Below are positions 39,696-51,389 of a DNA stretch of 64,000 nt, piece by piece (within the stretch, counting starts at the first letter, position 1; each line of letters starts with the position of its first letter). Under the pieces are notes generated by a model that was not told the DNA's origin, ran no database searches, and saw nothing but the letters and a program-made list of their open reading frames with translations. Source of the stretch: an uncultured SAR86 cluster bacterium (GTDB taxonomy: Bacteria > Pseudomonadota > Gammaproteobacteria > Magnimaribacterales > AG-339-G14); contig CACPMT010000002.1 in NCBI GenBank assembly GCA_902635045.1, positions 111,993 through 175,992 of the forward strand, given 5' to 3'. A program made the translations under genes and the position numbers.

Positions 39696-40565
39696 TTAAT
39701 TTAATAAATCAAAAATTGTTTTCCCTATTAAAGCGGGACTTTTTACAGTAACCACTCCAGCATTTTCTAAAGCTAAAAATTTTTCATCAGCAGTGCCCTT
39801 TCCACCTGAAATAATAGCCCCAGCATGCCCCATTCTTTTTCCAGCTGGTGCACTTACTCCGGCAATATATGCAACAACAGGTTTAGAAATATTAGACTTA
39901 ATAAAGTCTGCAGCTTCTTCCTCTGCAGTTCCGCCAATTTCTCCAACCATAACGATTCCTTCTGTTTGCTTATCCGATTCAAATAATTTCAATATATCTA
40001 TGAAATTTGAACCCGGAATCGGATCCCCGCCAATACCCACACAACTACTTTGGCCAAGTCCAATTTGAGAAGTTTGATCAACCGCTTCATAAGTTAAAGT
40101 TCCTGACCTTGAAACAATTCCAACCTTGCCTTTTTTGTGAATGTCAGCTGGCATAATCCCTAATTTACATGCTCCGGGAGTAATCAAACCGGGGCAATTA
40201 GGTCCTATTATCATCGAGCCAAGCGTGTCTGCTTTAATTTTTAAACTGAGCATATCAAGAGTGGGAATTCCTTCGGTAATAACTATGATTAATTTTATTC
40301 CAGCATCCAAAGCTTCATTAATTGAATCTTTACAAAATTTGGCGGGTACAAAAATTATTGACGTATTAGCTTTTGTTTTTTCAACTGCACTTTTTACATC
40401 ACCAAAAACTGGTCGATCTAAATGTCTTTCTCCTGCTTTTCCAGGAGTAACACCACCAACTAAATTTGTTCCGTATTCAATGGCCTGTTTACAATGCAAC
40501 GACGCTTGCGAGCCTGTAAAACCCTGACAGATGGCAATAGTATCTTTTCCAATTAGAATACTCAT
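39696..40565 (-). CDS. sucD: Succinyl-CoA synthetase alpha subunit
   Basis: [22 protein letters not shown] phosphohistidine loop. Confidence 0.95.
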   Translation of the reverse strand: MSILIGKDTIAICQGFTGSQASLHCKQAIEYGTNLVGGVTPGKAGERHLDRPVFGDVKSAVEKTKANTSIIFVPAKFCKDSINEALDAGIKLIIVITEGIPTLDMLSLKIKADTLGSMIIGPNCPGLITPGACKLGIMPADIHKKGKVGIVSRSGTLTYEAVDQTSQIGLGQSSCVGIGGDPIPGSNFIDILKLFESDKQTEGIVMVGEIGGTAEEEAADFIKSNISKPVVAYIAGVSAPAGKRMGHAGAIISGGKGTADEKFLALENAGVVTVKSPALIGKTIFDLLN

Positions 40566-41722
40566 TTTGAAAATTCAACGGCTTTTTTTGCTGCAGTTGA
40601 TAAATCTGGTTCAAAAACAATATTTAGGTCGCTTTTAGTCAAAATCTCTTGTGCAATATTTGCATTGTTTCCTTTCAGTCTAACAATAACTGGAATATCA
40701 ACTCCTACTTCTTTTACAGCAGAAATAATTCCTTCTGCAACAACATCGCATTTCACTATTCCACCAAAAATATTAATTAAAATCGCTTTCACATTTTTAT
40801 CAGAAAGGATGATTTTAAATGCTTCTGAAACACTTTTTTTATTTACTCCGCCACCTACATCCAAAAAATTTGCAGGAAAGCCTCCGGAAAGTTTTATTAT
40901 ATCCATTGTTCCCATAGCTAGGCCTGCTCCATTCACCATACAGCCTATGTCACCTTCAAGAGATACATAATTCAAATCCCATTTTGATGCCTCAAGCTCT
41001 CTTTGTTCCTCTTGAGATGTGTCTCTTAAACCCAAAAGTTCTTTTTGTCTAAATAAAGCATTATTATCAACACTGACTTTTCCATCCAAACACTTAAGTT
41101 TATTTTTATCGTCAATTACTAAGGGGTTAATTTCGACAAGAGCCAAGTCTTTCTCTATAAATAATTTAGAAAGATTTTTAAAAATACCCAGAAATTGTTT
41201 TGTTTGCTCTTCATTTAAATTCAATCCTAACGCTAATCTTTTGCCATCATCATCTGATATTTCTTCATCTATTTTTACAGATGCCTTATATATTTTTTCA
41301 GGTTTTTTTTCAGCTACTTCTTCTATGTTAACTCCTCCTTCTGGAGATGCCATAACTACAATTGATCTAGTTGACCTATCTACAACTACGCCAAGATAAA
41401 GCTCAGATATGATTTCTGTACATTCTTCGATAAGAATACTATTTACTGGTTGACCGTTCTTATCTGTTTGGTAAGTAACTAAGTTTTTTCCTAACCATTT
41501 TTTTGCAAAACTTTCTACATCTTCAAGACTTTCAACAACTTCAACTCCTCCGGCTTTTCCTCTCCCGCCTGCATGTACTTGAGCTTTGACGACCCATTTA
41601 GAAACATTTAATTTTTCTGCCAACTCTTTTGCTTCCTCAACTTTATTGGCAACAAAAAAGTTTGAAGTTGGAAGATCGTAAGATTTAAATAAAGTTTTAG
41701 CCTGATGTTCGTGTAAATTCAA
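40562..41722 (-). CDS. sucC: Succinyl-CoA synthetase beta subunit
   Basis: (M)NLHEHQAK N-terminus, ATP-grasp, GGIVKCD. TTG start (caa on the + strand at 41720-41722). Confidence 0.95.
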   Translation of the reverse strand: MNLHEHQAKTLFKSYDLPTSNFFVANKVEEAKELAEKLNVSKWVVKAQVHAGGRGKAGGVEVVESLEDVESFAKKWLGKNLVTYQTDKNGQPVNSILIEECTEIISELYLGVVVDRSTRSIVVMASPEGGVNIEEVAEKKPEKIYKASVKIDEEISDDDGKRLALGLNLNEEQTKQFLGIFKNLSKLFIEKDLALVEINPLVIDDKNKLKCLDGKVSVDNNALFRQKELLGLRDTSQEEQRELEASKWDLNYVSLEGDIGCMVNGAGLAMGTMDIIKLSGGFPANFLDVGGGVNKKSVSEAFKIILSDKNVKAILINIFGGIVKCDVVAEGIISAVKEVGVDIPVIVRLKGNNANIAQEILTKSDLNIVFEPDLSTAAKKAVEFSK

Positions 41723-41732
41723 AGTGCTTATA

Positions 41733-42470
41733 TTATAAAGCTCTTTTCACCAACATTTTTTTTATTTCGTTAATTGCCTTTGTGGGATTAAGGCCTTTGG
41801 GACATACCGATACGCAGTTCATGATTCCATGACATCTAAAAACACTGAAGGCATCTTCAAGCTGATCCAGTCTTTCCTCTCTGGCAGTATCTCTACTATC
41901 GGAAATAAATCTATAAGCTTGTAATAATGCAGCAGGGCCTAAAAACTTATCAGGATTCCACCAAAACGAAGGACATGCAGTTGAGCAACAGCCACATAAA
42001 ATACATTCATATAAACCATCGAGCTTGTCTCTGTCTTCAATTGTTTGAGGAATTTCTTTGCCGTTGTCTTCTTTATCGGAAATTAAATAAGGGCGGATTT
42101 TTTTATACTGATCAACAAATTGTGTCATATCAACTATTAAGTCTTTAACTACAGGTAAACCAGGTAAAGGTCTAATCTCTAATTTATTTTTTTTAACTAC
42201 TTCCGAAAGTGGGGTAATACAACCGAGTCCATTTTTACCATTGATATTCATACCATCCGAACCACAAACGCCCTCTCTACAGGATCTTCTAAAAGAGATT
42301 GAAGGGTCTTGTTCTTTCGCTAAGTGCAAAGCATCTAATACCATAATATCTTTATCTTTAGGAATATCGACATTAATTTCTTGCATGTAAGGTTTTTTAC
42401 CGCTATCAGGATCATAACGGTAGATGCTCATTTTTAAAGTCGAAATTTGTTCTACTGCAATGGTATTCAT
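41733..42470 (-). CDS. sdhB: Succinate dehydrogenase iron-sulfur subunit
   Basis: CREGVCGSDGMNING, CILCGCCSTACP, CHGIMNCVSVCPKG clusters. Confidence 0.95.
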   Translation of the reverse strand: MNTIAVEQISTLKMSIYRYDPDSGKKPYMQEINVDIPKDKDIMVLDALHLAKEQDPSISFRRSCREGVCGSDGMNINGKNGLGCITPLSEVVKKNKLEIRPLPGLPVVKDLIVDMTQFVDQYKKIRPYLISDKEDNGKEIPQTIEDRDKLDGLYECILCGCCSTACPSFWWNPDKFLGPAALLQAYRFISDSRDTAREERLDQLEDAFSVFRCHGIMNCVSVCPKGLNPTKAINEIKKMLVKRAL

Positions 42471-44275
42471 TAATAAGTCCTAGCAAACGGTTGAAAAGCT
42501 TGAACAATTTTAGGTCTGAAGTTGACATCTCTTTTAGTTACTTCTTTGCTATCTTTGAAATAAATTGAATGTTTTAGCCAATTTTCATCATCTCTTTCAG
42601 GATAATCATCTCTAGAATGTGCTCCTCTGCTTTCTTTCCTCTCATTAGCGCTAATTGCAGTTGCTTCAGCAACCTCTAATAAATTTAGAAGTTCTAAAGC
42701 CTCAACTCTTGCAGTATTAAATCTTGAAGATTTATCGGCCAAGTGTAAGTTTTCTGCTCTTTCTCTTATTTCATTTAAAACTTTGATGCCACTTTCCATA
42801 TTTTTTGCACTTCTAAAAACTCCAAAACTCATTTGCATAATTTCTTGCAATTCCTTTTTAATAACTGATGAATTTTCTCCTTTAGAGCTTGTATTAACTC
42901 TGTTTATATTTTTTAGAGCTTTATTAATATCATCTTTAGATGGATCTTGAATGTCAATTCCTTGCTTAAAAGAATCTTCAATGTGGAGGCCCGCTGATCT
43001 ACCAAAAACAACGAGATCCAATAATGAATTTCCGCCTAATCTATTGCCGCCGTGGACTGATACACAGGCTGCTTCTCCAGCTGCATACAAACCTTGAACT
43101 ATGGAATCAGAACCATCAGATTTTTGGGTAATGACCTGTCCATTTACATTTGTTGGGATTCCGCCCATTGCATAATGACAAGTTGGTACTACTGGAATTG
43201 GATGTTCAGCTGGATCAATATGAGCAAAAGTTTTTGAAAGTTCAGTAATTCCTGGAAGTCTCTTGTGAAGCAAATCTGCTCCAAGGTGATCTAATTTTAA
43301 AAAACAATGGTCAGCCTCAGGACCGCATCCTCTTCCTTCGATGATTTCAAGCATCATAGATCTGGCAACTACATCTCGGCTGGCGAGATCTTTTGCATTG
43401 GGTGCATATCGCTCCATGAACCTTTCGCCGTCTTTGTTAATCAAATATCCTCCTTCGCCTCTACAACCTTCAGTGACAAGTGTCCCAGCGCCATGGATGC
43501 CTGTTGGGTGGAATTGCCACATTTCCATATCTTGCACAGCTAATCCAGCTCTCAGAGCCATTCCTGTTCCATCTCCAGTGTTTATGAGGGCATTGGTAGT
43601 GGATTTGTAAATTCTTCCAGCTCCGCCAGTTGCTAAGACGGTTGCTTTTGCTTTCAAAAAATAAGGCTCACCTGATTCAATTTCAAAAGCTATAACTCCA
43701 GTGACTTGATCATGACTATTCAATACTAAGTCAACGGCAAACCACTCGCTTAAAAAATTTGTTCCAGCTTTTACATTTGCCTGATATAAAGTATGTAAAA
43801 GAGCATGGCCTGTTCTATCTGCAGCTGCACAGGTTCTTTCTGCTTGACCACCTTTTCCATAATCTTTTGATTGGCCGCCAAAAGCTCTTTGGTAAATCTT
43901 ACCTTCTTCGGTTCTGGAGAAAGGTAATCCCATATTCTCTAATTCGAATACTGTAGCAGGTCCTTCTTGACACATATACTCAATGGAATCTTGATCACCT
44001 ATAAAATCTGAACCTTTAACAGTATCGTACATATGCCAACGCCAATCGTCGTTTGGATCAGCGCTAGCTATTGCGCATGTAATACCGCCCTGCGCAGATA
44101 CGGTATGAGATCTTGTCGGAAAAACTTTTGAAATGACTGCTGTATTCATGCCTGACTGAGCCAATTGAAGTGAAGACATTAAGCCAGATCCTCCTCCACC
44201 AATTATTATTCCATCAAACTCTTTTACAGGAAGTGAGCTTGCATCTAGGTGTTGTCCGTTTCCATTCATTGCCAT
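42470..44275 (-). CDS. sdhA: Succinate dehydrogenase flavoprotein subunit
   Basis: [20 protein letters not shown] (FAD-linking His), [15 protein letters not shown]. Confidence 0.95.
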   Translation of the reverse strand: MAMNGNGQHLDASSLPVKEFDGIIIGGGGSGLMSSLQLAQSGMNTAVISKVFPTRSHTVSAQGGITCAIASADPNDDWRWHMYDTVKGSDFIGDQDSIEYMCQEGPATVFELENMGLPFSRTEEGKIYQRAFGGQSKDYGKGGQAERTCAAADRTGHALLHTLYQANVKAGTNFLSEWFAVDLVLNSHDQVTGVIAFEIESGEPYFLKAKATVLATGGAGRIYKSTTNALINTGDGTGMALRAGLAVQDMEMWQFHPTGIHGAGTLVTEGCRGEGGYLINKDGERFMERYAPNAKDLASRDVVARSMMLEIIEGRGCGPEADHCFLKLDHLGADLLHKRLPGITELSKTFAHIDPAEHPIPVVPTCHYAMGGIPTNVNGQVITQKSDGSDSIVQGLYAAGEAACVSVHGGNRLGGNSLLDLVVFGRSAGLHIEDSFKQGIDIQDPSKDDINKALKNINRVNTSSKGENSSVIKKELQEIMQMSFGVFRSAKNMESGIKVLNEIRERAENLHLADKSSRFNTARVEALELLNLLEVAEATAISANERKESRGAHSRDDYPERDDENWLKHSIYFKDSKEVTKRDVNFRPKIVQAFQPFARTY

Positions 44276-44285
44276 AATTTTTTCT

Positions 44286-44648
44286 CTAAATTACTAACAG
44301 AAAGCTACAAATTACTATTCCCGTGGCCTGAAGGAAACTATATAAAATTAAAAACTTCCTAGCAGGTAAAGCTAATTTTCCAACTCTATGCTCAGTGAGG
44401 TAATCGCTAACTATATGATGAATACCTTGTAAAGAGTGATAAGAAATTGAAATAGCTACTAGTACAGTACTTATCTGTATCGCTAGATTATCAAAAAAAA
44501 CGTGTAATTGTTCGTAATTAATAGGTTGATGCATTAACCAATAAAAGGTTATAACTGAAAAATATAGGGCTTGAAAAATAGCTGAAACTCTAACTAGGAC
44601 ATAATCTAAAACGCCTGTTTTTTTTAATGTGTAAAGTTTTGTTACCAT
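44286..44648 (-). CDS. sdhD: Succinate dehydrogenase membrane anchor subunit
   Basis: 3-TM protein following sdhC. I prefer the ATG at 44648 (120 aa); the track ORF extends upstream into sdhC. Confidence 0.75.
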   Translation of the reverse strand: MVTKLYTLKKTGVLDYVLVRVSAIFQALYFSVITFYWLMHQPINYEQLHVFFDNLAIQISTVLVAISISYHSLQGIHHIVSDYLTEHRVGKLALPARKFLILYSFLQATGIVICSFLLVI

Positions 44649-45013
44649 ATTTGAATAATCAAAATTAAGCTGAATAAGATACTTAGAAAGATTGTTCCAA
44701 TCGCTGAGTATTTTCCACTTCTCAAAGTCGACCAATATCCAAAATCCATAATAAGATGTCTTATCCCAGACATAAAATGATAAATTAATCCAATCAAAAG
44801 TAAGCTAAGAAAAGTTTTAACTAAAAACAAATCGAGAAAAAATGTAGCTTTATTAAATCCATCTTCTGAATTTAATGCTAAGACCAAAATGAAAGTAAAA
44901 GGCAAAAAAAGAAGAAAAATTCCTACAGCAGATATTCTATGCAAAATTGAAGAGAGTCCAGCAACAGGAAGTTGAATTTTTAAAAGATTTAGAAATATTG
45001 GAGGTCTAGACAT
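44642..45013 (-). CDS. sdhC: Succinate dehydrogenase cytochrome b556 subunit
   Basis: RPPIFLNLL...ILHRISAVG N-terminus, 3 TM helices, position ahead of sdhDAB. Confidence 0.85.
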   Translation of the reverse strand: MSRPPIFLNLLKIQLPVAGLSSILHRISAVGIFLLFLPFTFILVLALNSEDGFNKATFFLDLFLVKTFLSLLLIGLIYHFMSGIRHLIMDFGYWSTLRSGKYSAIGTIFLSILFSLILIIQIW

Positions 45014-45061
45014 ATATCGGTATTTGGAGATTGAAACATTATAAGTAGAAAACGATTTTGA

Positions 45062-46444
45062 TCAACGTCCTCTTATACGCTTTCTCTTTAATAACTGTCT
45101 TTTTGATAGTTTATTTTTCTTATCTTTATAAGGATTTTCAGCAATTTTCAAAACTAGTTTTATAGGTATTCCCTTAAGTTTTAAGGACTTTTTAATTGAA
45201 TTTTCGAGATATTTTAAATATGTCTTGCTCAAAAAATCTATTTTATTTCCGTGTAAAACAAATGTTGGAGGCTGCGTTTTTAAAATTTTTATAAACTTAA
45301 TTTTTGGTCTAAACCTTCCTCTCATAGGAGGAGGATTTTTTTCATAGGCATCTAAAAAGACTTTATTAACATTTTTTGAATTAAGTTTTTCCTTGCTTCT
45401 TTTTATTAATTTCAGCAGAGTTAAAATCAATGATGAAGTGCCTAAATTTTTTTTTGCTGATATATATTTAACATCCAAATCGTTGGCAAAAGATAATCTT
45501 CTATTTAAATCTTTTCTGATAACAGTTTTTTGATATTTATCCAAAGTTTCAGTCTTATTAATACCAATAACTAATGGTTTTCCAGAAGATATGATCAAAG
45601 ATATTAAATGAAGATCTTGATCTGAGATAGATTCTTTGCCATCTATGAGGAAGATAATTCCTTCAGACAATTTCATGATTTTGATCGCTGCATTAACTGA
45701 GAATTTTTCTACTGAATCATTTATCTTTGATTTTTTTCTCAATCCTGCGGTATCTGTAATTTTTATGTGATTACCTTTGAACTTAATTATTTCTGAAATT
45801 GCATCTCTAGTTGTTCCAGGAGTGCTTGAAACTATAGATCTAGAGTCTCTTAAAATTGAATTAAAATAAGTAGATTTTCCAGCATTTGGCTTACCCAATA
45901 TACCTATTTGAAAATAATTATTTTGGTTGTCATTTCTTTCGAAATTGGAAGGAAAAATTTTATTAAAAGAAGTTTTAAAATTTTTCATACCTAAGCCATT
46001 TTTTGCAGAAATTTCAAAAGAATTTTTTACTCCTAAAGAATAAAAATCTGAAGTATTATTTTTTGATTCTTTGGTTTCTGATTTATTGATTGCTAAAACA
46101 TAATTTTTGCCTGATTTTCTTAAAATATCATTAATTTCAAAGTCTAATTGATGAATAGATTTAGAAGAGTCTACAAGAAATATCAAACCATCTGCATCTG
46201 AAATAGCTTTTTGAGTTTCTGCCAATATTAATTCATCAAATTTTGAAGAAGAATTTGTAATTCCCCCTGTGTCAACCAGAATATAGTCTGAATTACCAAT
46301 TTTACACCCCGAATAATTCCTATCTCTAGTTAAACCAGGAAAATCTGCAATTAAAGCTATATCTTCTCCAATAAGTTTATTAAAAAGAGATGATTTTCCT
46401 ACGTTTGGTCTTCCGACTATTGCAATTAATGGGCCCATAAACAA
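45062..46444 (-). CDS. der: Ribosome-associated GTPase Der (EngA)
   Basis: Two G domains (GRPNVGKSS and GKPNAGKST) plus a basic KH-like C-terminus. Confidence 0.9.
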   Translation of the reverse strand: MFMGPLIAIVGRPNVGKSSLFNKLIGEDIALIADFPGLTRDRNYSGCKIGNSDYILVDTGGITNSSSKFDELILAETQKAISDADGLIFLVDSSKSIHQLDFEINDILRKSGKNYVLAINKSETKESKNNTSDFYSLGVKNSFEISAKNGLGMKNFKTSFNKIFPSNFERNDNQNNYFQIGILGKPNAGKSTYFNSILRDSRSIVSSTPGTTRDAISEIIKFKGNHIKITDTAGLRKKSKINDSVEKFSVNAAIKIMKLSEGIIFLIDGKESISDQDLHLISLIISSGKPLVIGINKTETLDKYQKTVIRKDLNRRLSFANDLDVKYISAKKNLGTSSLILTLLKLIKRSKEKLNSKNVNKVFLDAYEKNPPPMRGRFRPKIKFIKILKTQPPTFVLHGNKIDFLSKTYLKYLENSIKKSLKLKGIPIKLVLKIAENPYKDKKNKLSKRQLLKRKRIRGR

Positions 46445-46453
46445 AGTCTATAT

Positions 46454-47581
46454 TCATTTAATTTTTAAAGCTGATATTTTTCCAGACTCGTCTAAAATAT
46501 ATAAAGATTCGTTAATTGCGTAGATTTTGTAAATGGCTTGATTTGAAGGTTTGATTCTTCCCTCTATTTCTCCACTATTAAGATTTATTGCATGCAAATA
46601 GCCTTCAAAGTCTCCTACAATCATATGGTTTTTAAATCGTTTTGGCGAAGATAATTTTCTAAGCATGAAATCGTTTACACTCCAAAGAGTATCTCCTCTA
46701 ATGCCGTCATAACAATTGATAAAATCTTTAGAATCAACAATATAAGTTCTATTTTTTGCATGTATGATGTCGTTAATAGAGGATGTTGATCTCCTCCATA
46801 TGGTTCGACCCTGAGCTATTTCTATAGCTGATAAGTCACCTTGAAAGGAAACAGCATATGCTAATCCATTTGCAGAAATTACTGGCATTGCATCGATATC
46901 TATCATTCTCTCAATTTCAGAAACTCCTTCGGATATAGTCACTGGAACTTCCCATTGCACTACGCCAGTTCTTGATTCGATTTTAACTAAATTTCCATTG
47001 CCAAAACCAACATAAATAAATTTTTTATCGAATACGGGTTTGCTTGTTCCTCTCAGACTCAAGGGAGAAACCGTTGATTGATATTCCCATTTAAAATTTC
47101 CATTATTAAAATCAAGTGCAGTAATTTTTCCATTAGAACTTTGAACTGCAACTATTAAGCCATTAGTTGAGGGGCTTGATAAAACCTCCCCCTTAATTTT
47201 AGATTCCCATATTTTTTCTCCTGATTTGGCATCAAGAGAAATTATCTTTCCGTTTTCAGTTGCAAAAAAAATAGATTCAAATCCATATTCTAAGCCTGAG
47301 GAAATTTCAGTATTGAAACTTTTTTTCCAGATTTTATTGCCGTTAAGGTCTAAAGCTGAAACATCTCCTTGTTTTGTAAAGACAAAAACATTGTTTTCAT
47401 TAAATGCCAAATCAACATCTCCTAGAGGAAAGTCATTGAAAATCTTTTTTGACCAACTTTTCTCAAAAAAAACTTTAGATTCAATATTATTTAACTCAGC
47501 TGGCTTTTCTTCTTCTTTGGAGTCTGATTGACAAGAAATTATCAAAACAGATAAAAGAATTATTGATAACTTTTTTAGCAT
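46454..47581 (-). CDS. bamB: Outer-membrane assembly lipoprotein BamB
   Basis: Lipobox LIISC, repeated W-containing beta-propeller blades, position between yfgM and der. Confidence 0.8.
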   Translation of the reverse strand: MLKKLSIILLSVLIISCQSDSKEEEKPAELNNIESKVFFEKSWSKKIFNDFPLGDVDLAFNENNVFVFTKQGDVSALDLNGNKIWKKSFNTEISSGLEYGFESIFFATENGKIISLDAKSGEKIWESKIKGEVLSSPSTNGLIVAVQSSNGKITALDFNNGNFKWEYQSTVSPLSLRGTSKPVFDKKFIYVGFGNGNLVKIESRTGVVQWEVPVTISEGVSEIERMIDIDAMPVISANGLAYAVSFQGDLSAIEIAQGRTIWRRSTSSINDIIHAKNRTYIVDSKDFINCYDGIRGDTLWSVNDFMLRKLSSPKRFKNHMIVGDFEGYLHAINLNSGEIEGRIKPSNQAIYKIYAINESLYILDESGKISALKIK

Positions 47582-47587
47582 TGGTGT

Positions 47588-48229
47588 TTAGTTTTTGATA
47601 GTTGATAGTTTAATTTTTATTAATTCTTTGTGAATTTCTGACGAAGATATATCAAGAGCAATTTGGTAATTTTTTTTTGCTTCCAAAATATTTAAAGACT
47701 CCATTTGGGCATCGCCTAAAAACTCGTACTTCAGTTCATTGAAAAAAATAAAATCTTTGCTTAACACCTCTATTGCCTCATTTAGCTCACTTTGAGATAT
47801 TAAAAGTAATGAATATTTCAATCTTGATAAATCCCTAAGAAAGCTAACCTCGTCTCCCTTTTTTTCTAAATCTAAATAAGCTTCTCTCAGTTTATCCAAG
47901 GAGCCTTCAAAGTTATTTGAGTTAAAATTCAATTCAGAAATTTCAAGATTCATCAGAATTGAATAAATTTGATCTGGATAGTTTTCTTTTGTTTCTTCTT
48001 CAATCGAATTCAATTTTTCAAAATCAATGTTTTCATTATTTAAAAGGGAATTAAATTCATCAAAAAGAATAGATGCCTCTTTAGAATTTTTTTCTTGAAT
48101 ATAGCTTTGATATAGGATCCAACCAAAAATTGACGAAAGAAGTAAAAAAACGAAAATAATTTTTAAATAATTTTGTTTAATCCAATCTAAAGAAGTTTGT
48201 ATAAAGCTGTTTTGAATTGAGTCATTCAT
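47588..48229 (-). CDS. yfgM: YfgM-like single-pass TPR-like membrane protein
   Basis: One N-terminal TM helix, helical repeat C-terminus, conserved position between hisS and bamB. Confidence 0.6.
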   Translation of the reverse strand: MNDSIQNSFIQTSLDWIKQNYLKIIFVFLLLSSIFGWILYQSYIQEKNSKEASILFDEFNSLLNNENIDFEKLNSIEEETKENYPDQIYSILMNLEISELNFNSNNFEGSLDKLREAYLDLEKKGDEVSFLRDLSRLKYSLLLISQSELNEAIEVLSKDFIFFNELKYEFLGDAQMESLNILEAKKNYQIALDISSSEIHKELIKIKLSTIKN

Positions 48230-49484
48230 TTGTTAAATTTAAAAAAGAAAAAAGTTTTTCTTCAGATAGTTTTTCATAATTTTTTTCTGAATCTAAATCT
48301 TTAATGGTATAAGTTGAAGATTCTACTTCCTCTCTCCCTATAATAATTGCAAAATTAAATTTATTTTTAATAGCTCTTTTCAGTTCTGATTTTAAATTTA
48401 CGTTCAGACCAGAAAACCTTACTCCTATGTCTGGAAAATTTAATCTAATTTTTTCAGATATCGAGTTTCCTTGTTTTAAAAAATTTTTATCAAGTAGAAT
48501 AACAGCAATTAGTTTTTGTGACGGGAACTTGTACTTGTCCTTACATGCAATAATTAGACGGTCTATACCTAGTGAAGCTCCGATAGCAGGAGTTTGTCGA
48601 CCACCAAGCTTTTTAGCTAGACTGTCATACCTTCCTCCAGCACAAAAAGTATTTTGACTTCCTAATGAATCAGATTTCCATTCAAAAACTGCATCATTAT
48701 AATAATCAAGCCCTCTTACTAAATTTTCGTTTTCTTTGTATTCAATACCAAAATCATTTAAAAGATTTTTTAATAAATTAAAATTTGAAGTTGAATTTTT
48801 GGATCTAAATTCTGCAATTTTAGGTGCGTTCGATAATACTTCTTTTGTTTCAGTTGATTTAGAATCCAAAATTCTTAAAGGATTTTTTTCTAATCTATTT
48901 TGACTATCCTTATCCAGTTTGCTTTTTAAAGGTTTAAGAAAAGCCTGAAGAGCTTTAGAAAAATTTCTTTGATCTTCTTCAGATCCCAACGAATTTATCT
49001 CTAATCTTGAGTCCTGAATTTTGTATTTTTTAACTATTGTTTCGATAATTTGAAATACTTCTAGTTCTGCAGACATAGATTCAATTCCAAATAGTTCAGC
49101 ACTAAGCTGAAAAAATTCTCTGTTTCTTCCTTTTTGAGGCCTTTCATATCTATACATAGGTCCTGAATAAAAAAGTCTTTGCGGACCTTTATCTAGGAGA
49201 CCTTGATTAATAGCAACCCTCATACATCCAGCAGTTCCTTCAGGTCTTAAGGTTAAAGACTTATCACTTTTACTATTAAAAGTGAACATTTCTTTATTTA
49301 CAATATCCGTTTCACTCCCAACAGATCTCTCAAATAGATTTGTGTATTCAATAATAGGCAATCTAATTTCGGAATATGAAAAACTTTTCATTAATTTTTC
49401 AGAAAAATTAAGCACATGACTCCAATAATGAGTTTCCTCAACTGGAATATTATGCATTCCTCTTACTTTTTCAAATTTACTCAT
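48222..49484 (-). CDS. hisS: Histidine--tRNA ligase
   Basis: [30 protein letters not shown] class II motifs. Confidence 0.9.
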   Translation of the reverse strand: MSKFEKVRGMHNIPVEETHYWSHVLNFSEKLMKSFSYSEIRLPIIEYTNLFERSVGSETDIVNKEMFTFNSKSDKSLTLRPEGTAGCMRVAINQGLLDKGPQRLFYSGPMYRYERPQKGRNREFFQLSAELFGIESMSAELEVFQIIETIVKKYKIQDSRLEINSLGSEEDQRNFSKALQAFLKPLKSKLDKDSQNRLEKNPLRILDSKSTETKEVLSNAPKIAEFRSKNSTSNFNLLKNLLNDFGIEYKENENLVRGLDYYNDAVFEWKSDSLGSQNTFCAGGRYDSLAKKLGGRQTPAIGASLGIDRLIIACKDKYKFPSQKLIAVILLDKNFLKQGNSISEKIRLNFPDIGVRFSGLNVNLKSELKRAIKNKFNFAIIIGREEVESSTYTIKDLDSEKNYEKLSEEKLFSFLNLTNE

Positions 49485-50593
49485 GCTTTTGTAATGATTT
49501 TTTTCTTTTCTTTTTTTATTTCCTTCACCTTTTGTCTAACCATTTTTTCTAAGTGATTGATAATTTCATCATTATCTATTTTATGATCAGGAGAACCATC
49601 AATATAAATTAAACTCTTCGGGGATGCTCCGGTTAAACCTACGTGAGCAGCTTTAGACTCTCCTGGACCATTCACGTAACAACCTATCACAGCAACGTCT
49701 ATTGATTCTTTAATATCTTCTAATCTAACCTCTAATTCGTTCATGGTCTTAATCACATCAAAATTTTGTCTAGAGCAACTTGGACAAGCTATGAAATTTA
49801 TACCTTTTTTTCTTAAGCCTAATGATTTTAAGATATCAAAACCTACCTTGATTTCATCTACCGGATCAGAAGCCAGTGATACTCTTATAGTATCTCCAAT
49901 TCCTTCTTTTAATAATTGTCCAATGGCTATTGAAGATTTTACTGTTCCGGATCTCAGCCCTCCTGCTTCCGTTAATCCTAAATGAAGAGGCTGAGAAATT
50001 TCTTTTGCAATTAGCCTATAACTTTCAGTCATCATGAATACATCTGACGCCTTAATACTAAGTTTAAAGTTATTAAAATTAAGTTTTTGGAGTATTTCCA
50101 CATTAGCCAATGCAGATTCAACTAATGCTTCTGGGCAAGGTTCTCCATATTTTTTTTGTAATTTTTTCTCCAATGATCCGGCGTTCACTCCAATTCTTAT
50201 CGGAATTCCATGTATTTCTGCACAATTTACAACTTCCATCACTTTTTGTTTGGATCCTATATTTCCAGGATTTATTCTCAAACAATCCGCACCCTTTTCA
50301 GCAACCTTTAGTGCTATTTTGTAGTCAAAATGTATATCTGCAACAAGAGGTACATTCACCATTTTTTTTATTTGAGCGAAAGCATCTACTGATTCTTCAG
50401 TTGGAGTAGATATTCTTACTATATCGGCACCAGCATTTTGAAGTTCTTTCACTTGATCTAAGGTCGCTTTTACATCCTCAGTATTTGTATTTGTCATACT
50501 TTGGACTGAAATTGGAGAATCTCCTCCAATAGAAACATTCCCAACTTTAATTAAAGATGATTTTCTTCTTGTAATTTTGTTATTAGTATTCAA
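49481..50593 (-). CDS. ispG: 4-hydroxy-3-methylbut-2-enyl-diphosphate synthase
   Basis: [27 protein letters not shown]. Confidence 0.95.
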   Translation of the reverse strand: MNTNNKITRRKSSLIKVGNVSIGGDSPISVQSMTNTNTEDVKATLDQVKELQNAGADIVRISTPTEESVDAFAQIKKMVNVPLVADIHFDYKIALKVAEKGADCLRINPGNIGSKQKVMEVVNCAEIHGIPIRIGVNAGSLEKKLQKKYGEPCPEALVESALANVEILQKLNFNNFKLSIKASDVFMMTESYRLIAKEISQPLHLGLTEAGGLRSGTVKSSIAIGQLLKEGIGDTIRVSLASDPVDEIKVGFDILKSLGLRKKGINFIACPSCSRQNFDVIKTMNELEVRLEDIKESIDVAVIGCYVNGPGESKAAHVGLTGASPKSLIYIDGSPDHKIDNDEIINHLEKMVRQKVKEIKKEKKKIITKA

Positions 50594-50602
50594 TTTAAAA
50601 CT

Positions 50603-51385
50603 CTATCTTATTTCGAAATAACTATAATTAGCATCTTTTTTAGAAATTTTAGATATATTAATTATTTTATTATTGATCAGTATTTTTGTTGCCTCAGGAT
50701 TTCCTATTTTAAAGATTAATGGCCTATAACCCAAGACTTCTCGTTCCTCGTTTTGCATCAATTCATAGATCAAATTTTTATCATTTCCTTCTTCAATAAT
50801 TATCCAACTTTCTTCAGAAACAACTATTTTTATTCTGTCTGGTTCAATTTCTGTTGACTTATCTATGCCATTCTCAACTTCTTTTATTTTAGGTAGTGAT
50901 GTATTTTCTAAAGTAGATTTTTCTTTTTGATCTTCTAGAAAAACTTCTTTATTTTCTATTTCAACTAAGTTTTCTAAAAGCTCTTTTTCATCACCGAAAT
51001 CATCTGATTCTGTGATAGTCATCGTTAATATTAGACTGAAAACTGAAAAAATAAATATACTAGGCACTAAATAAGGAAAATTAATTAAAAAGCTTAGATA
51101 TTTATTTTTTTCTTTTTTTTCTTCCCCAACTTTTTTTTCAAAATTTAATTCTGAAATAGAAGTATTGTATTCTTGAAGACATGTTTTTGGATTAACGTCC
51201 AAAAAGGAAAAATATTTTTTAATATGAAATTCAGAGTAAATCTTTGCGGGAAGAGAACTGAAATCTCCATTTTCTAAAGATATTAAAAAACTTATCGGAA
51301 TCTTAGTTAAATCTGAACATTGTTCCAGTGAAAGCCCTTTGGAAGATCTCGCACTTTTTAATTGAGATTCCCAGTTTGAATTCAT
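50603..51385 (-). CDS. rodZ: RodZ-like cytoskeleton protein (HTH + TM + DUF4115-like C-terminus)
   Basis: N-terminal XRE-type HTH (GLSLEQCSDLTKIPISFLISLENGDF), central TM helix, position upstream of ispG. Confidence 0.7.
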   Translation of the reverse strand: MNSNWESQLKSARSSKGLSLEQCSDLTKIPISFLISLENGDFSSLPAKIYSEFHIKKYFSFLDVNPKTCLQEYNTSISELNFEKKVGEEKKEKNKYLSFLINFPYLVPSIFIFSVFSLILTMTITESDDFGDEKELLENLVEIENKEVFLEDQKEKSTLENTSLPKIKEVENGIDKSTEIEPDRIKIVVSEESWIIIEEGNDKNLIYELMQNEEREVLGYRPLIFKIGNPEATKILINNKIINISKISKKDANYSYFEIR

Positions 51386-51389
51386 TTTT

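Noticed and set aside
44649-44735. N-terminal 29-codon extension of the sdhD ORF (the track gives 44286-44735).
   Set aside because: The extension overlaps the last 30 codons of sdhC in another frame. The internal ATG at 44648 gives a 120-aa SdhD of normal size with an ATGGTAA-type start/stop junction.
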